A stretch of DNA of 64,000 nucleotides from an uncultured virus (IMG/VR IMGVR_UViG_3300032242_002374) (taxonomy: Duplodnaviria > Heunggongvirae > Uroviricota > Caudoviricetes), in IMG/VR virus record IMGVR_UViG_3300032242_002374. One strand, 5' to 3'. The notes under the pieces are model-generated. The model made no database searches and was not told where the DNA came from. It was given only the letters and a program-made list of their open reading frames with translations. Both the position numbers and the translations under genes were made by a program. The number at the start of each line of letters is the position of its first letter. Position 1 is the stretch's first letter. Positions 18,165 through 28,772 of this stretch are shown here, in pieces.

Positions 18165-20981
18165 TTATTTATTTTTACTAATTCTTTCATTCCATTTAGC
18201 AGTACGAGAACCTACGATTCTTTTTGCTGCTTGTTCGGCTTCTTTTGGGGAATATGTTTTACCATAATCCTTTTGAACCTTTGGTGATACTTTTTTTGTT
18301 TTCAGCAAAGATGCTTTAACTGCTTTAACTTTATCTGAGAATTTTACTTTGCCTCCCATAGCCATTGTAGGCTGGAATAATTCTTTTATTTCATCTTTTG
18401 TAAAATAAGCTATTTTTTCTTTAGGTTTTGATAGTTTCTTACCCAAAGTTGAGTGTGTTTCTATTTGTTTAACTTTCCAGCCTTTATTAGTTGGCTCTAT
18501 AAGTTCAATAGTAATGTAATCATAGTGTTTATGTTTCATTACTTCACCACCCATAGCCATTTCACCACATTTTTCTTTCATCTCGTGTTCACCTAACTTA
18601 GCTATACTTTTAGAAACATACTCCCAATAATAAGGAGTAACTTCCCTTGCTATTTCATCTGCACTATAAAATGTAGGTAAGTTATCAATAACTAATAACC
18701 CTTTTTCTTTTGAATATTTTACAGTAGTATGCTTATCAATACCTTTTTCTTTTAAATATTCTTTTACCTTTTTAGTCATTGAAAGAGAACTCATTTCGCC
18801 CCCCTTCTCCATTTTACTAACAGTTTCTTTAAAACTTTCTTTTGGGTTTTCAATACCTAAAGACTTCAATGTAACCTCTGCTACTACTTTATAGTTTTTG
18901 TCTCCATCGTAGTCGCTTAATGCTTCGTTAGCATCTTCTCTAAATTCCCAGCCACTTATCGCTTTTTTGTTTTTCAAATCAACTATAAAGTATTTGTAAG
19001 CATCTACTTCTTTGTTGTATTGCTTTTGAGAACGAGATAAACCACCACCTTTAGCATATTCTTTTTCTTTTATAACAAATGGAATATCATTTTCTTGTCT
19101 TTCATTTGCTTCATAAAAAGTTTCTACATTATGCCAATTAGGTACTTTAAAAATTCTACTTGAACCACCGTAATTTTTATTTGGGTACAATGAAATACCT
19201 TTTACCCCATCTCTAATAACAATTTCGCCAGATTCTTCTTTGGGATTATTGCTATAATCAAAAGAATGATAAACAGCAGGAGTGCCTACTTTAAACTTAT
19301 CTGAAATTTCACCACCTTTAGCCATCATTTCACCACCCATAGCCATTTTACCATTAAATAATTCATTGATAATTTCTTTTGCTATATTATTAGTTAAAGG
19401 CTCATAAATGTTAAATATGCCATATTCCTTGATTTCTTTTTTTTCTGATATTTTATTATTAAAATAAACCATTTTACCATTATCAGAGAACCCAAGATTT
19501 ACGCCCCCCTCTTCGTCAGCTTTAGCTTCATAAGGATTTATATTTTTATACCCACCAATATCAACTTTTTTATTTGGCATAGAAATTGGATACCCACCAT
19601 ATCCACTTTCTCCATACACAACCATTTTTTTGCTTCTTTCTCTTATTTTATTCCAAAGTAAATCTATTGCATTTTCAATACCACCACCTTTAGCATACCC
19701 TTTACCTAAATAAGCATCAGCCCAATGCTCCATATACATATACAAAGCATCCCTACCCTTGTTGCCTCTTTGTTTTAACTGTTTTTTAAACATTTGATTG
19801 TTCTTATAAACAGTATTTGCTTTTTGTTCAAGATGTTTTTCAAGTTTAGCAATAGTTTCATCTGCTTTTTTAATCAATTCTGGTTGGTCTTGCTTAGGTA
19901 CTTTATTTTTTTCAAAATACTTATACATTGCTACATTTTCTGCAATCATACCAACTATAATAGGCGTATCTTTTTCAATAGTGCCACCTTTTTCATATTG
20001 CCCTGCTGTAACGTGATATTCTAATTCAACGTGAATAGTATCATTAAGTTTGTCAAAATCTTTTTCTTTATACTCTTCTGCTTTTGCTCTACCAACGTGG
20101 TCTAGTAAAAAATGACTTCTTTGTGTAGTAGTCCATTCGTCCCATACTTGCTCTGCTGTTTTACCAGCATATTGATTTTTTATTTCCCCACCATCTTCAA
20201 ATTTTGCTCCATCTAAGTAGTGAGTAATATCACTAAGGTCTGTTGATGCTCTTTCTATTTTACCAACAACCCACGCCTCTATTGGTGTTTTATCAGTAAT
20301 AATATTTGAAAGTTCTTTTGCGTGATGTTCAACTGCTTTTAATTGGCTTTGCAGCATCTCATTGTTAGAATTGGCTATTTCACCACCATCTTCCATTTTA
20401 TGACACCCACAATCAGTTGTGCCACCAGTTGCAAATTTTTGTTTAAAACCACCTGTTGCTACTTCTACTCTATCTGCATCATAATAGTTAATATCATTCC
20501 CAGTAAATGATGTAGTTGCTGTATCTATATAACTTTTGCCAATACGTTTAAAAAACTCGCTATCGTCATTGTTTATATTAGAACTTGCCCAGCCACATTT
20601 ATTCCAATGTTTAACCATTTCTGAAATCCTATCACTTACTTCGCCACCTTCTTCAAACTTTTCACCACCTCTTAGCCTTAAATACAATATTTGTGCATTC
20701 ATAGGCTGAAAGAACTTATCACGTTCCAAATGTAATTCAAACGGAGGCACTTTAATAGTCTCTAAGTCATTCCTACTTACGCTACCTATTTCTACATCAA
20801 ACAAATCTATAATAGCCCAAATATAATCTGGGTCTTGTGGGTCTGAATTAAGTAGATACCACGTTCCATTTGAATATGGGTTAAATATTTTAGCAACGAC
20901 CTCTTGTTTAGAGAGGTCGCCACCAAATTTATATTGTTCAAATAATTTTTTGTCTATGTCTGCTGTAAACAACTTTGCCAT
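18165..20981 (-). CDS. polyvalent protein with N-terminal DUF2958 and about 12 xxGG-delimited modules
   Basis: KIFNPYSNGTWY...EIGSVS...LERDKFF (DUF2958); repeated FEEGG/MEDGG/YAKGG/MAMGG. Confidence 0.75.
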   Translation of the reverse strand: MAKLFTADIDKKLFEQYKFGGDLSKQEVVAKIFNPYSNGTWYLLNSDPQDPDYIWAIIDLFDVEIGSVSRNDLETIKVPPFELHLERDKFFQPMNAQILYLRLRGGEKFEEGGEVSDRISEMVKHWNKCGWASSNINNDDSEFFKRIGKSYIDTATTSFTGNDINYYDADRVEVATGGFKQKFATGGTTDCGCHKMEDGGEIANSNNEMLQSQLKAVEHHAKELSNIITDKTPIEAWVVGKIERASTDLSDITHYLDGAKFEDGGEIKNQYAGKTAEQVWDEWTTTQRSHFLLDHVGRAKAEEYKEKDFDKLNDTIHVELEYHVTAGQYEKGGTIEKDTPIIVGMIAENVAMYKYFEKNKVPKQDQPELIKKADETIAKLEKHLEQKANTVYKNNQMFKKQLKQRGNKGRDALYMYMEHWADAYLGKGYAKGGGIENAIDLLWNKIRERSKKMVVYGESGYGGYPISMPNKKVDIGGYKNINPYEAKADEEGGVNLGFSDNGKMVYFNNKISEKKEIKEYGIFNIYEPLTNNIAKEIINELFNGKMAMGGEMMAKGGEISDKFKVGTPAVYHSFDYSNNPKEESGEIVIRDGVKGISLYPNKNYGGSSRIFKVPNWHNVETFYEANERQENDIPFVIKEKEYAKGGGLSRSQKQYNKEVDAYKYFIVDLKNKKAISGWEFREDANEALSDYDGDKNYKVVAEVTLKSLGIENPKESFKETVSKMEKGGEMSSLSMTKKVKEYLKEKGIDKHTTVKYSKEKGLLVIDNLPTFYSADEIAREVTPYYWEYVSKSIAKLGEHEMKEKCGEMAMGGEVMKHKHYDYITIELIEPTNKGWKVKQIETHSTLGKKLSKPKEKIAYFTKDEIKELFQPTMAMGGKVKFSDKVKAVKASLLKTKKVSPKVQKDYGKTYSPKEAEQAAKRIVGSRTAKWNERISKNK

Positions 20982-20992
20982 TAATTTATATT

Positions 20993-22807
20993 TTAATTGT
21001 TATTTCTGTGCATTTCGCCACCACCCTCATACTTACCCTCACCATAAGTCATACGAGGAGATGCTTTACGCACATAATCTTTTTCCCACTCTTGTTGAGA
21101 TGTATATTTTCTATCTCTTGCAATTGCTGAATTTGGTCTGTTATGCTTGAACATACCACCACTCTTAAAATGACCATCTTTAGCTTGCAACAAAACATCT
21201 TTAAGATTTGCCATAGTATATTCTATATCGCCATCACGTTCCAATATTTCTATTGCAGTATGTTTTACAGATTCAATTTCTTTTTTATTGTGCATATTTG
21301 TTAATGCTCCAATAGTATCATCTGTAACAATTGAATGCAAAGCATATTCAAGACCATTTTTACCTAAAGTACCACCGTGTTCAAGGCTTTGATACTTGCG
21401 AGAAGGGTGTTTATCAGATTTATCTGCTCTATTTTCAAAAGCAACATAATCAGGATATTGCTTTCTCATTTTTTCGCTTGGTGAATGACTTAATGATGCT
21501 CTATTGATAATGCCATCTTCTACTGCACTATCTTTCCATCTCCAACCACTTGGCTTTGCAAATCTATCTGCATCTAAGCTACCACCTTTAGCCATCATTC
21601 CATTAGAAACAACTTCTAACACATCTTGTGATAAATAATGAATACCCCCAGCAATTTCTACTTGAACTAATTGTTCATCATCCATAAGCTCTGTCATCAC
21701 AACTCCAACTGTGCCTACTTCAATATTTTCATCACCACCTATGTCTTCTGTTGACATAAATACAGTAGTTTTAACTTGGCTACCTTCTTTAAACATTGAA
21801 CTATAACCACCACCTTGAAGACCCAACATCTCTCTTAATTCTTCTTCTGTCGCTTCTTTTTCTTGAACAAGTTGCACATAAAATGAATAATTCGCACTAT
21901 ACAATTTCATTTCATCTTCTTTCCACAATTCTATTTCACTATCTGTTGCTGGAACATTAGCTTCATCTACTAACATTGAAGTTGACATAACACCATCTTG
22001 TATATCAAAATCTTCTTTGCTTACATCTTTATATAAAATGTTTGTAGAGATGTATCTTATTAAGTCATCTACAAACTCAAATGTTTTATGCACTTTGCCA
22101 TCAAAGCTATTAAGATGGCTGCCTTCTCCCTCTTCGTAATTATCTTCGTACACATCGGCAACCCAATATTTCAAATTTACTTTGTAATGATGTTCACCAC
22201 TAACATCGCCACCCTCTTCTAATCTTGGGTACTTTTTAGGGTTTCTATCAGTTCTGTTCTCACGATTTTCGTAATATACATTACCTTGTTTTGAAATTCT
22301 TTTACCTGCTGGTAATGCAGCCCTTTGAGCATCTTTTTCAAGGTCGCCTTTTGATGTAGAAATATGTTGTTTTTTACGATATTTCATAGCAATTTTTCTT
22401 GCTCTATCTATTGCAGCACTTGAAGTCTTTTTAGCTTTAGGCTCTATAACTTTTTTTGGAGCAACTGCTTTAGCTTTAGCCGTTTTAACAATATTTACTG
22501 GCTTTTTAGGTTCTGCTTGTTTAACCTTTTCTTTTAGCTTATGTAAAATCTTGCTTGTTTTTTTAACAATCTCTTTGCTTTGCTTTACTTCTTTAACAAC
22601 TTCCTTTTTAGCTTCTTGCTTTTTTTCAACAGTAGGTGAAGGTTTAGCTGCTGCTTTTTCAGCATCTTCTAGTTCCTTTAGTTGCTTTTGTGCATCTTCA
22701 AGTTGAGCCTTTACTTTTCCTTTAAAACTTTCTGGTAATGCAGGGTTATTAAGACCGTCTTCCAACTTCTTTATGTTATCTTCTAATTGTGTTTTTGTAA
22801 CAGACAT
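20993..22807 (-). CDS. polyvalent protein with Lys/Ala-rich region and xxGG-delimited modules
   Basis: Histone-H1-like K/A region; LEEGG, MAKGG, LEHGG, FKSGG, YEGGG; duplicated D..R.A.P.G.R...ENR motif. Confidence 0.7.
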   Translation of the reverse strand: MSVTKTQLEDNIKKLEDGLNNPALPESFKGKVKAQLEDAQKQLKELEDAEKAAAKPSPTVEKKQEAKKEVVKEVKQSKEIVKKTSKILHKLKEKVKQAEPKKPVNIVKTAKAKAVAPKKVIEPKAKKTSSAAIDRARKIAMKYRKKQHISTSKGDLEKDAQRAALPAGKRISKQGNVYYENRENRTDRNPKKYPRLEEGGDVSGEHHYKVNLKYWVADVYEDNYEEGEGSHLNSFDGKVHKTFEFVDDLIRYISTNILYKDVSKEDFDIQDGVMSTSMLVDEANVPATDSEIELWKEDEMKLYSANYSFYVQLVQEKEATEEELREMLGLQGGGYSSMFKEGSQVKTTVFMSTEDIGGDENIEVGTVGVVMTELMDDEQLVQVEIAGGIHYLSQDVLEVVSNGMMAKGGSLDADRFAKPSGWRWKDSAVEDGIINRASLSHSPSEKMRKQYPDYVAFENRADKSDKHPSRKYQSLEHGGTLGKNGLEYALHSIVTDDTIGALTNMHNKKEIESVKHTAIEILERDGDIEYTMANLKDVLLQAKDGHFKSGGMFKHNRPNSAIARDRKYTSQQEWEKDYVRKASPRMTYGEGKYEGGGEMHRNNN

Positions 22808-22851
22808 AAAACATTTTTTGTAAAATTATGAAAAATTATTTATTTATTAAA

Positions 22852-25800
22852 TTATATTAGTAATTTAAGTGTTTCGATTGCTCTTTTAGCGTCATCGTCA
22901 CCCATTTGTGCTAATATTTCCAACGTATCTATTGCTCTTTTAATATCGTCAACACTTGGCTCTGCTGCTGGGGTTGGGGTTGGAACTGGTTCGACTTCAT
23001 CAACCTTAATCCATATACCATCATTAATTAGTTTAGTTATTTTATCAATATCTGTGGGAATGGTTTGATTATCACTATTTTCTTTTATCAACACAGTATC
23101 ATTATCTATAAAACTTTCTACACTAAAGATTGTTGTGTATATAACTCCATTTCTTTTTAATTTAAACTTGTCCCCTATTGCAAGATTAATATTTCTTGGT
23201 TCTGGTTTCGCAGCAAACACTTTATCAAAGTAAGAAATCACATCTTGCTTAGTACCTTTAACGATAATCATATTTCTAAAATCAGATATTGACATTTCGC
23301 CAATTATCTTATCAGGATTTTCTTTAAAGTATTCATCACCTATTGTATTTAGCATAGGCTTAACTTTTGCAGTTACAGAACTTGGTGGCATAGGCTTAGG
23401 CTCTACCCTTGTTGGAATAGGGTCTGCCTTTACAATATCAGCACTTGCAACAATCTTAGCCACATCAACATCTTTGTATGGTATAGCACATTTGCTAGTA
23501 TCTACTTCGCCCATTTTATAATCCAATTGAACATTTGTTTTTTCTGTAAAATAAGCTGCTAGTTTACTATCTTCTTTTGATAATTTATTTTCTTCATCCA
23601 ATTCAATACGAGCTTCGCCTTCAAGTTTGCTTTTAAACTCTTCGGTAGCTCTTACAGTAATTGTTTTATATCCTCTTGTAACTACAAAATTTGATTCTAT
23701 ACTAATCAATTTATCATTAACCTTTTGCTCATACTTAATCAATGTAGCATCTAGCTCGTCTGAACTTGATGTTAATGACAATCCTTCTGGATTCAATATA
23801 AATTTCTCTGCAAAAAAGCACTCTGAATAAATTGCTGATAACTCGTAAATACTTTCATAGTCTCCTGTGTCCCAATAATTCTTTGCTCTATTAGAAATAC
23901 CAATATCTAAGAAAATATTATCATTTAACAGTCTTTTTGAATTTTCTATACCTAATTTATCACATAATCTCTTAAACTTATCTTCGTCATTATAATCAAT
24001 ATTAAGATTATAAGTTCTGCGTTTAAATGAACCACCAAATATATTTATCAAATCTACTATTTGATTAGATTCTAATGCTTTTAAAACATTAACACTTAAA
24101 TCTTCATAATAATCAATCAATGTACCAATACGTTCTTTTCTTGCCTTTAAATAAGCATCAGAATCTTTATCAATTGATTTTAACAATAATTTTAAGTCTG
24201 CCTTATTTTGGTCAATTACTTCTTTTACTTTTGATAATCTTGAGGTGAAATAATCAACAAAAAACTTATACCTATCACCAACCTTTATTGCTTCTCTCAA
24301 TGAAGTGTATTCATCATTTATTTTATCATATTCGTTGGTTTCTTTTCTTTCAAGCATTTCGGCTCTAATCCTAGCTATCTCCCTTGCATCGTCTAATATT
24401 AACTCTTTCTGTTTTTCAGGTGTTATTTGAACATCTAAACTACCAGTAGTAGATAAACCATCGTCTTCCCAAATATCAGTCAACCTTGATTCTTTTTCTT
24501 CGTATTTTTGATAAATAAAGCTATCTAATGTTCTTGATACAAGTGGAGTAATAACTCTAGCATAAGCATATTTATTTCCTTGTCTGTGTATTCTACCCTC
24601 TAACTGTTTAATATCTGTACTATTCCAAGTAGGTGTTAAGATAAATAATGTTGCTGAATTAACTTGTAAGTTTAACCCCTCTTTAATAGTATCAGTACCT
24701 AAAATAACTTTAACTCGACCTTTATTGAATAAGTCCCCAACTCTTTCTCTTCTATCGGCTTCTTTATCACTATCAGCACTACCTTCTATTATTTCAACTT
24801 CGTCAAAAGTGATTGTAGTCTTTTTGTCATCATCTTCGTCAATATCAACTTTTAAGTTACTTTTGAAATTGCATATATGGTTTAATGCTTCTTTGAATGG
24901 TTGCAATAAATTAACACCTAACCCAACATAAATTAAAAAAGAACTAACCTTGTCTCCTTTGTTTTGTTGATAGTCAAGCATTAACTTAATACAATCAATA
25001 GTAAATCTTATTTTAGGCGAAAATTGGTACAACTCTTTCCATTCTTCATTTGAAACAAAATCTAACTTTAATGGGCTATTGCAAAACGGTGATAAAGCAG
25101 AACTTTTTGATGCCGATAATATTTTACCAGCTACCCCTAGTTTATTTTGAGCCATTTGTGTATAAGCCCACTTTACCCTAAAATCTTCTAAGTAAGGTTC
25201 TGTTTCTGGGTACTTCATTAAGAACTCTTCGTAATTAACTTTTTTACCAACTAAAACATCTCTTTGTAATTCTTGTAAAGGACTTTGCTTCAACATCAAT
25301 TTTATATCCTTATTTGGATAACGAATGATGCAAGGTCTTTCTATACCAGCTTGTTTTGGATTATTTCTATATATGAATGTATTGCTAAGTATTTTATACA
25401 AAATAGGCTTGTTCTTGTAACTCTTCATTACAGTATCAGATACTATCTTATTGCTTTGATTTACTTTGTATTCTTGTGTCTCATTAAAGAACTGTTCAAC
25501 AAATCCTACGATTTTATAAACATTGTTTTTTACTAATTCAGAATAGTTTAAGAAAATCAACATAGTATAAACTTCCAAAGGACTATTACTAAAAGGAGTA
25601 GCTGTTAAAAAGCCAATTCTGCCTTTAATTTTCTGTATGTATTGAGTAATATAAAAAGCTCTTAAACTTCTATCGGAAGGACTGCCTTTAAACCCAGATT
25701 TAACTCTGTTTGTTTTGTCTGCTGAAACACCAGAAAATAAGTTTTTTAACCTATGTGCTTCGTCAAAGTAGATACTATCAAACCCTAGTTCCATAATATC

Positions 25801-27408
25801 AATTTCTGCTGCCTTATCAACCTTATTTAACTTAGCAATTAAGCTCGTTATTTTTTTAGAACTTTCTCTAAAAGATTCATCGTCTTTATTGGCTTGGTCT
25901 AATAAATCCTTCCACCTTGCTATAATAAACATTCTTGTACTTTCGTCAGAAATATACATTTTTTGTAAGGCTTCATAGCTACCTAAAATAATTCCTTTAT
26001 CTATTTTTTTAATAGCATCAGTCTTTCTAATAATAGATTGGTTAAGGTTTTGAATATTGAAAAAATCAAACCCACAATCTGTCAAGATACCATAATTACG
26101 CTCCCAGCCTTTTTGCTCTTGAAATGATGTTACGTTGCCATCGCTCCAAAAGCCAAATAGTTCTTTTTGCCAATTTTTCATAACAGGCTTTGGAACTATC
26201 ATTAATGGTTTCTTAATAGTACCAGTACCCATTAAGTAAGATAGAATACTTATTTGCAACCCCGTCTTTCCAAAACCAACGGTTAGTGCCAAACAATAAT
26301 TATTTCTTGAAATAGCAAACTTAAAAGCATCTACTTGAACAGGCTTTAGTACGAAGTCACTTGTCTTAAATTTGCTTGAATGCTTGAACCCAACAGGTAT
26401 CTTGGTTGTATTTACAATGATACTCCTATTATAAGTTTCATTAACTTTCTTATTAATTACTTTAACAGTATCACTATCTAAAATATTAGTAAGGAAATCA
26501 CTAAACAATCTATCACACTCTAATTTTGAATCCGATACTTCTTTATCTGCTGCTTCTTTTGCTGCTTTTTTTTCTTCGTCAGAACCTCCATAAGACCCTC
26601 TTGAAACTCTATCATTATCCCTTATAATTCTATTCATAAAAACATCTTTTGAAACAAGTTCAAAATCTGAATTTTTAAGAGTATAAATATGTTGTTCAAA
26701 TGCTGCTGTTACAGATATTTCATTTTCACCATTAACAGGGATAGTTTTAGTCTCCCTTGCAATTTCTCCAAAAGGGTTTAACCTATATCTTTTGTCCTTT
26801 ATTGGGTGGTCAACACGCATACTGACATAGGTTGACAATATGTTTTCGTGATAATCGTAAATGTCTTGACCAAAATTTGAAATAATATGTTCTTTGTCTT
26901 TGATTAAAGAAGACCTTAATGTGTCATAATCTGTATTACTATAAACGTGCAATGGCAAGAACATCCCATCTAAATACATCAATGATTTAGACTTAACTAA
27001 GGCTTCTAATTCTTTTGTTGAAACTTCATACTTATCATTTATGTTCAATTCTCCTTTGTCAACTAAGCATAAAGAGTTGTCAAAACGCCTAATAGCTACA
27101 TAGGTTTTGCCATCATAATAATTTTCAAATCTTGTAACCTTGCCTACTTCATCCCCAGCTTGAAATTTACCAATAACTTCATATTGCTGATTTAGATAAT
27201 CAACATCAACTTTAGCAGTTGCTACATTTTTATTGGTATTAGGAATAAAATACTTTTCAAAACCTGTCATTGGAATACCAAGCGTTCTATTATACCAAAC
27301 AAACCCCTTAATATCATTATCTGATAAATCTGGGGTGTATTTTTTTATAGAATCTTCTACTGATAAAACCTTAAAGCCACCTTCAGATATAACTATTTCT
27401 TTTGCCAT
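22852..27408 (-). CDS. DarB-like SNF2/SF2 helicase
   Basis: Motif I VGFGKT, motif II DEAHRLKN, motif III TATPFSNS, motif V EGLNLQ, motif VI QLEGRIHRQGN. Confidence 0.85.
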   Translation of the reverse strand: MAKEIVISEGGFKVLSVEDSIKKYTPDLSDNDIKGFVWYNRTLGIPMTGFEKYFIPNTNKNVATAKVDVDYLNQQYEVIGKFQAGDEVGKVTRFENYYDGKTYVAIRRFDNSLCLVDKGELNINDKYEVSTKELEALVKSKSLMYLDGMFLPLHVYSNTDYDTLRSSLIKDKEHIISNFGQDIYDYHENILSTYVSMRVDHPIKDKRYRLNPFGEIARETKTIPVNGENEISVTAAFEQHIYTLKNSDFELVSKDVFMNRIIRDNDRVSRGSYGGSDEEKKAAKEAADKEVSDSKLECDRLFSDFLTNILDSDTVKVINKKVNETYNRSIIVNTTKIPVGFKHSSKFKTSDFVLKPVQVDAFKFAISRNNYCLALTVGFGKTGLQISILSYLMGTGTIKKPLMIVPKPVMKNWQKELFGFWSDGNVTSFQEQKGWERNYGILTDCGFDFFNIQNLNQSIIRKTDAIKKIDKGIILGSYEALQKMYISDESTRMFIIARWKDLLDQANKDDESFRESSKKITSLIAKLNKVDKAAEIDIMELGFDSIYFDEAHRLKNLFSGVSADKTNRVKSGFKGSPSDRSLRAFYITQYIQKIKGRIGFLTATPFSNSPLEVYTMLIFLNYSELVKNNVYKIVGFVEQFFNETQEYKVNQSNKIVSDTVMKSYKNKPILYKILSNTFIYRNNPKQAGIERPCIIRYPNKDIKLMLKQSPLQELQRDVLVGKKVNYEEFLMKYPETEPYLEDFRVKWAYTQMAQNKLGVAGKILSASKSSALSPFCNSPLKLDFVSNEEWKELYQFSPKIRFTIDCIKLMLDYQQNKGDKVSSFLIYVGLGVNLLQPFKEALNHICNFKSNLKVDIDEDDDKKTTITFDEVEIIEGSADSDKEADRRERVGDLFNKGRVKVILGTDTIKEGLNLQVNSATLFILTPTWNSTDIKQLEGRIHRQGNKYAYARVITPLVSRTLDSFIYQKYEEKESRLTDIWEDDGLSTTGSLDVQITPEKQKELILDDAREIARIRAEMLERKETNEYDKINDEYTSLREAIKVGDRYKFFVDYFTSRLSKVKEVIDQNKADLKLLLKSIDKDSDAYLKARKERIGTLIDYYEDLSVNVLKALESNQIVDLINIFGGSFKRRTYNLNIDYNDEDKFKRLCDKLGIENSKRLLNDNIFLDIGISNRAKNYWDTGDYESIYELSAIYSECFFAEKFILNPEGLSLTSSSDELDATLIKYEQKVNDKLISIESNFVVTRGYKTITVRATEEFKSKLEGEARIELDEENKLSKEDSKLAAYFTEKTNVQLDYKMGEVDTSKCAIPYKDVDVAKIVASADIVKADPIPTRVEPKPMPPSSVTAKVKPMLNTIGDEYFKENPDKIIGEMSISDFRNMIIVKGTKQDVISYFDKVFAAKPEPRNINLAIGDKFKLKRNGVIYTTIFSVESFIDNDTVLIKENSDNQTIPTDIDKITKLINDGIWIKVDEVEPVPTPTPAAEPSVDDIKRAIDTLEILAQMGDDDAKRAIETLKLLI

Positions 27409-27415
27409 TTGTTAA

Positions 27416-28450
27416 TTAAAATTTTTTGAATACTACAATGTCGGTAGCTATGCTTGTGTCCCTGTTTTCTCCTTTGAATATGTTATTTGGCAATCTGTAA
27501 GAATCAATTAGTTCGCCATATTTAGCAATCATTTCTTTTTGCTTATTATACATATTGCCATTATTCAACCATAAAGAATTTATTATGAATACACAAAGCC
27601 CACCTTTTTTTAATTGCTGCAAAGCTAACATAATAAAAAATCCTTCATACCTTACTTGTGCATCTTTATCGAACAAATAAGAATAAGGACTTTCGTGAGA
27701 GCCATAAGGAGGATTCCCTATAAACAAATCAAATTCTGTTTTCTGAAATGATTCATTTATAATGATGCCATCTCTTTTAAATACCTTGTTGTCTTTTGCA
27801 AATTCATATTCAAAGTTATGGTCTATTAGTGTAGCGTTAGGATATTTTTCTTTTACAAAGTCAAAGTTTGGTTTAAATATCTCAAATCCAAACAAATCTT
27901 CTTCCTTAATACCATTTGCAATTAATACATCAAAGAACACGCCTTTACCAAATGAAGGCTCACATACTTTGCCACTAGTAAATCCGTGTTTTACTGCTAA
28001 CAAATACATAATTTCAGCAACCCAAAGTGGCGTAAAAAATTCATCAAGCGATTGTCTTTTTTCTTTAAAGTCCTTAGCAGCATCTTTTGGTTCTGGTTCA
28101 GGTTGTGGAGCTGGTGTAGGTTCTGACATTATTTTCTTTACCTTTTCTTTTACCTCTTTTTTTTCTTTAACTTCTTTTTCTTCTTTACTTTCGTTAGGTA
28201 AATTTGTTTTCTCTTGCTCTACGTTATTGCTAACATAAATGCCATAATTATTCTTTTGTAGATACTCCATCAACTCTCTATTCTTTGCTACAATAAATTG
28301 AGCCAATGCTTGTTTTTTAGCACTATCTGGACTTTCTGAAAATATCTTTTGCGAACCATCAATTAGCTTTATTAATTCTTTTATGTTTTTAGGCAATTTT
28401 TCAGCTTGTGCTTCATCAATCCCTAAGTATGTAAGTAGTTTACTTTGCAT
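27416..28450 (-). CDS. N6-adenine DNA methyltransferase (DarB/N12-class)
   Basis: EFFTP, CEPSFGKG, IGNPPYG, RLPNNIF...TDIVVFKK. Confidence 0.9.
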   Translation of the reverse strand: MQSKLLTYLGIDEAQAEKLPKNIKELIKLIDGSQKIFSESPDSAKKQALAQFIVAKNRELMEYLQKNNYGIYVSNNVEQEKTNLPNESKEEKEVKEKKEVKEKVKKIMSEPTPAPQPEPEPKDAAKDFKEKRQSLDEFFTPLWVAEIMYLLAVKHGFTSGKVCEPSFGKGVFFDVLIANGIKEEDLFGFEIFKPNFDFVKEKYPNATLIDHNFEYEFAKDNKVFKRDGIIINESFQKTEFDLFIGNPPYGSHESPYSYLFDKDAQVRYEGFFIMLALQQLKKGGLCVFIINSLWLNNGNMYNKQKEMIAKYGELIDSYRLPNNIFKGENRDTSIATDIVVFKKF

Positions 28451-28772
28451 CCCAATTAAATTTTGTTAATGTTTGAATATATGAAATAATTTCGTTGCTA
28501 TCCATAAAAACATCTGGCATCATATCCATTTCATAAAATTTGCCATTTGGTTCTATCAAAAAGTTTATTATTTCTGTTTGAGGTATTAAGTAATCATCAA
28601 GCCCAGTTATCTTAGACCATATAACTACAATATTGTCATCTTGCTCATTTGCTTCATTTTTCAAAGTCGTAAAGCTACAATAAGTATTTGTATCATAGCC
28701 AACATATTGACTGCAATTTTTAGTGTATTGCTCGTGCAATGATGATACCGTTTTTTTTTGCTCTATTGTCAT
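28440..28772 (-). CDS. hypothetical protein
   Basis: Overlapping ORF in operon. Confidence 0.6.
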   Translation of the reverse strand: MTIEQKKTVSSLHEQYTKNCSQYVGYDTNTYCSFTTLKNEANEQDDNIVVIWSKITGLDDYLIPQTEIINFLIEPNGKFYEMDMMPDVFMDSNEIISYIQTLTKFNWDAK

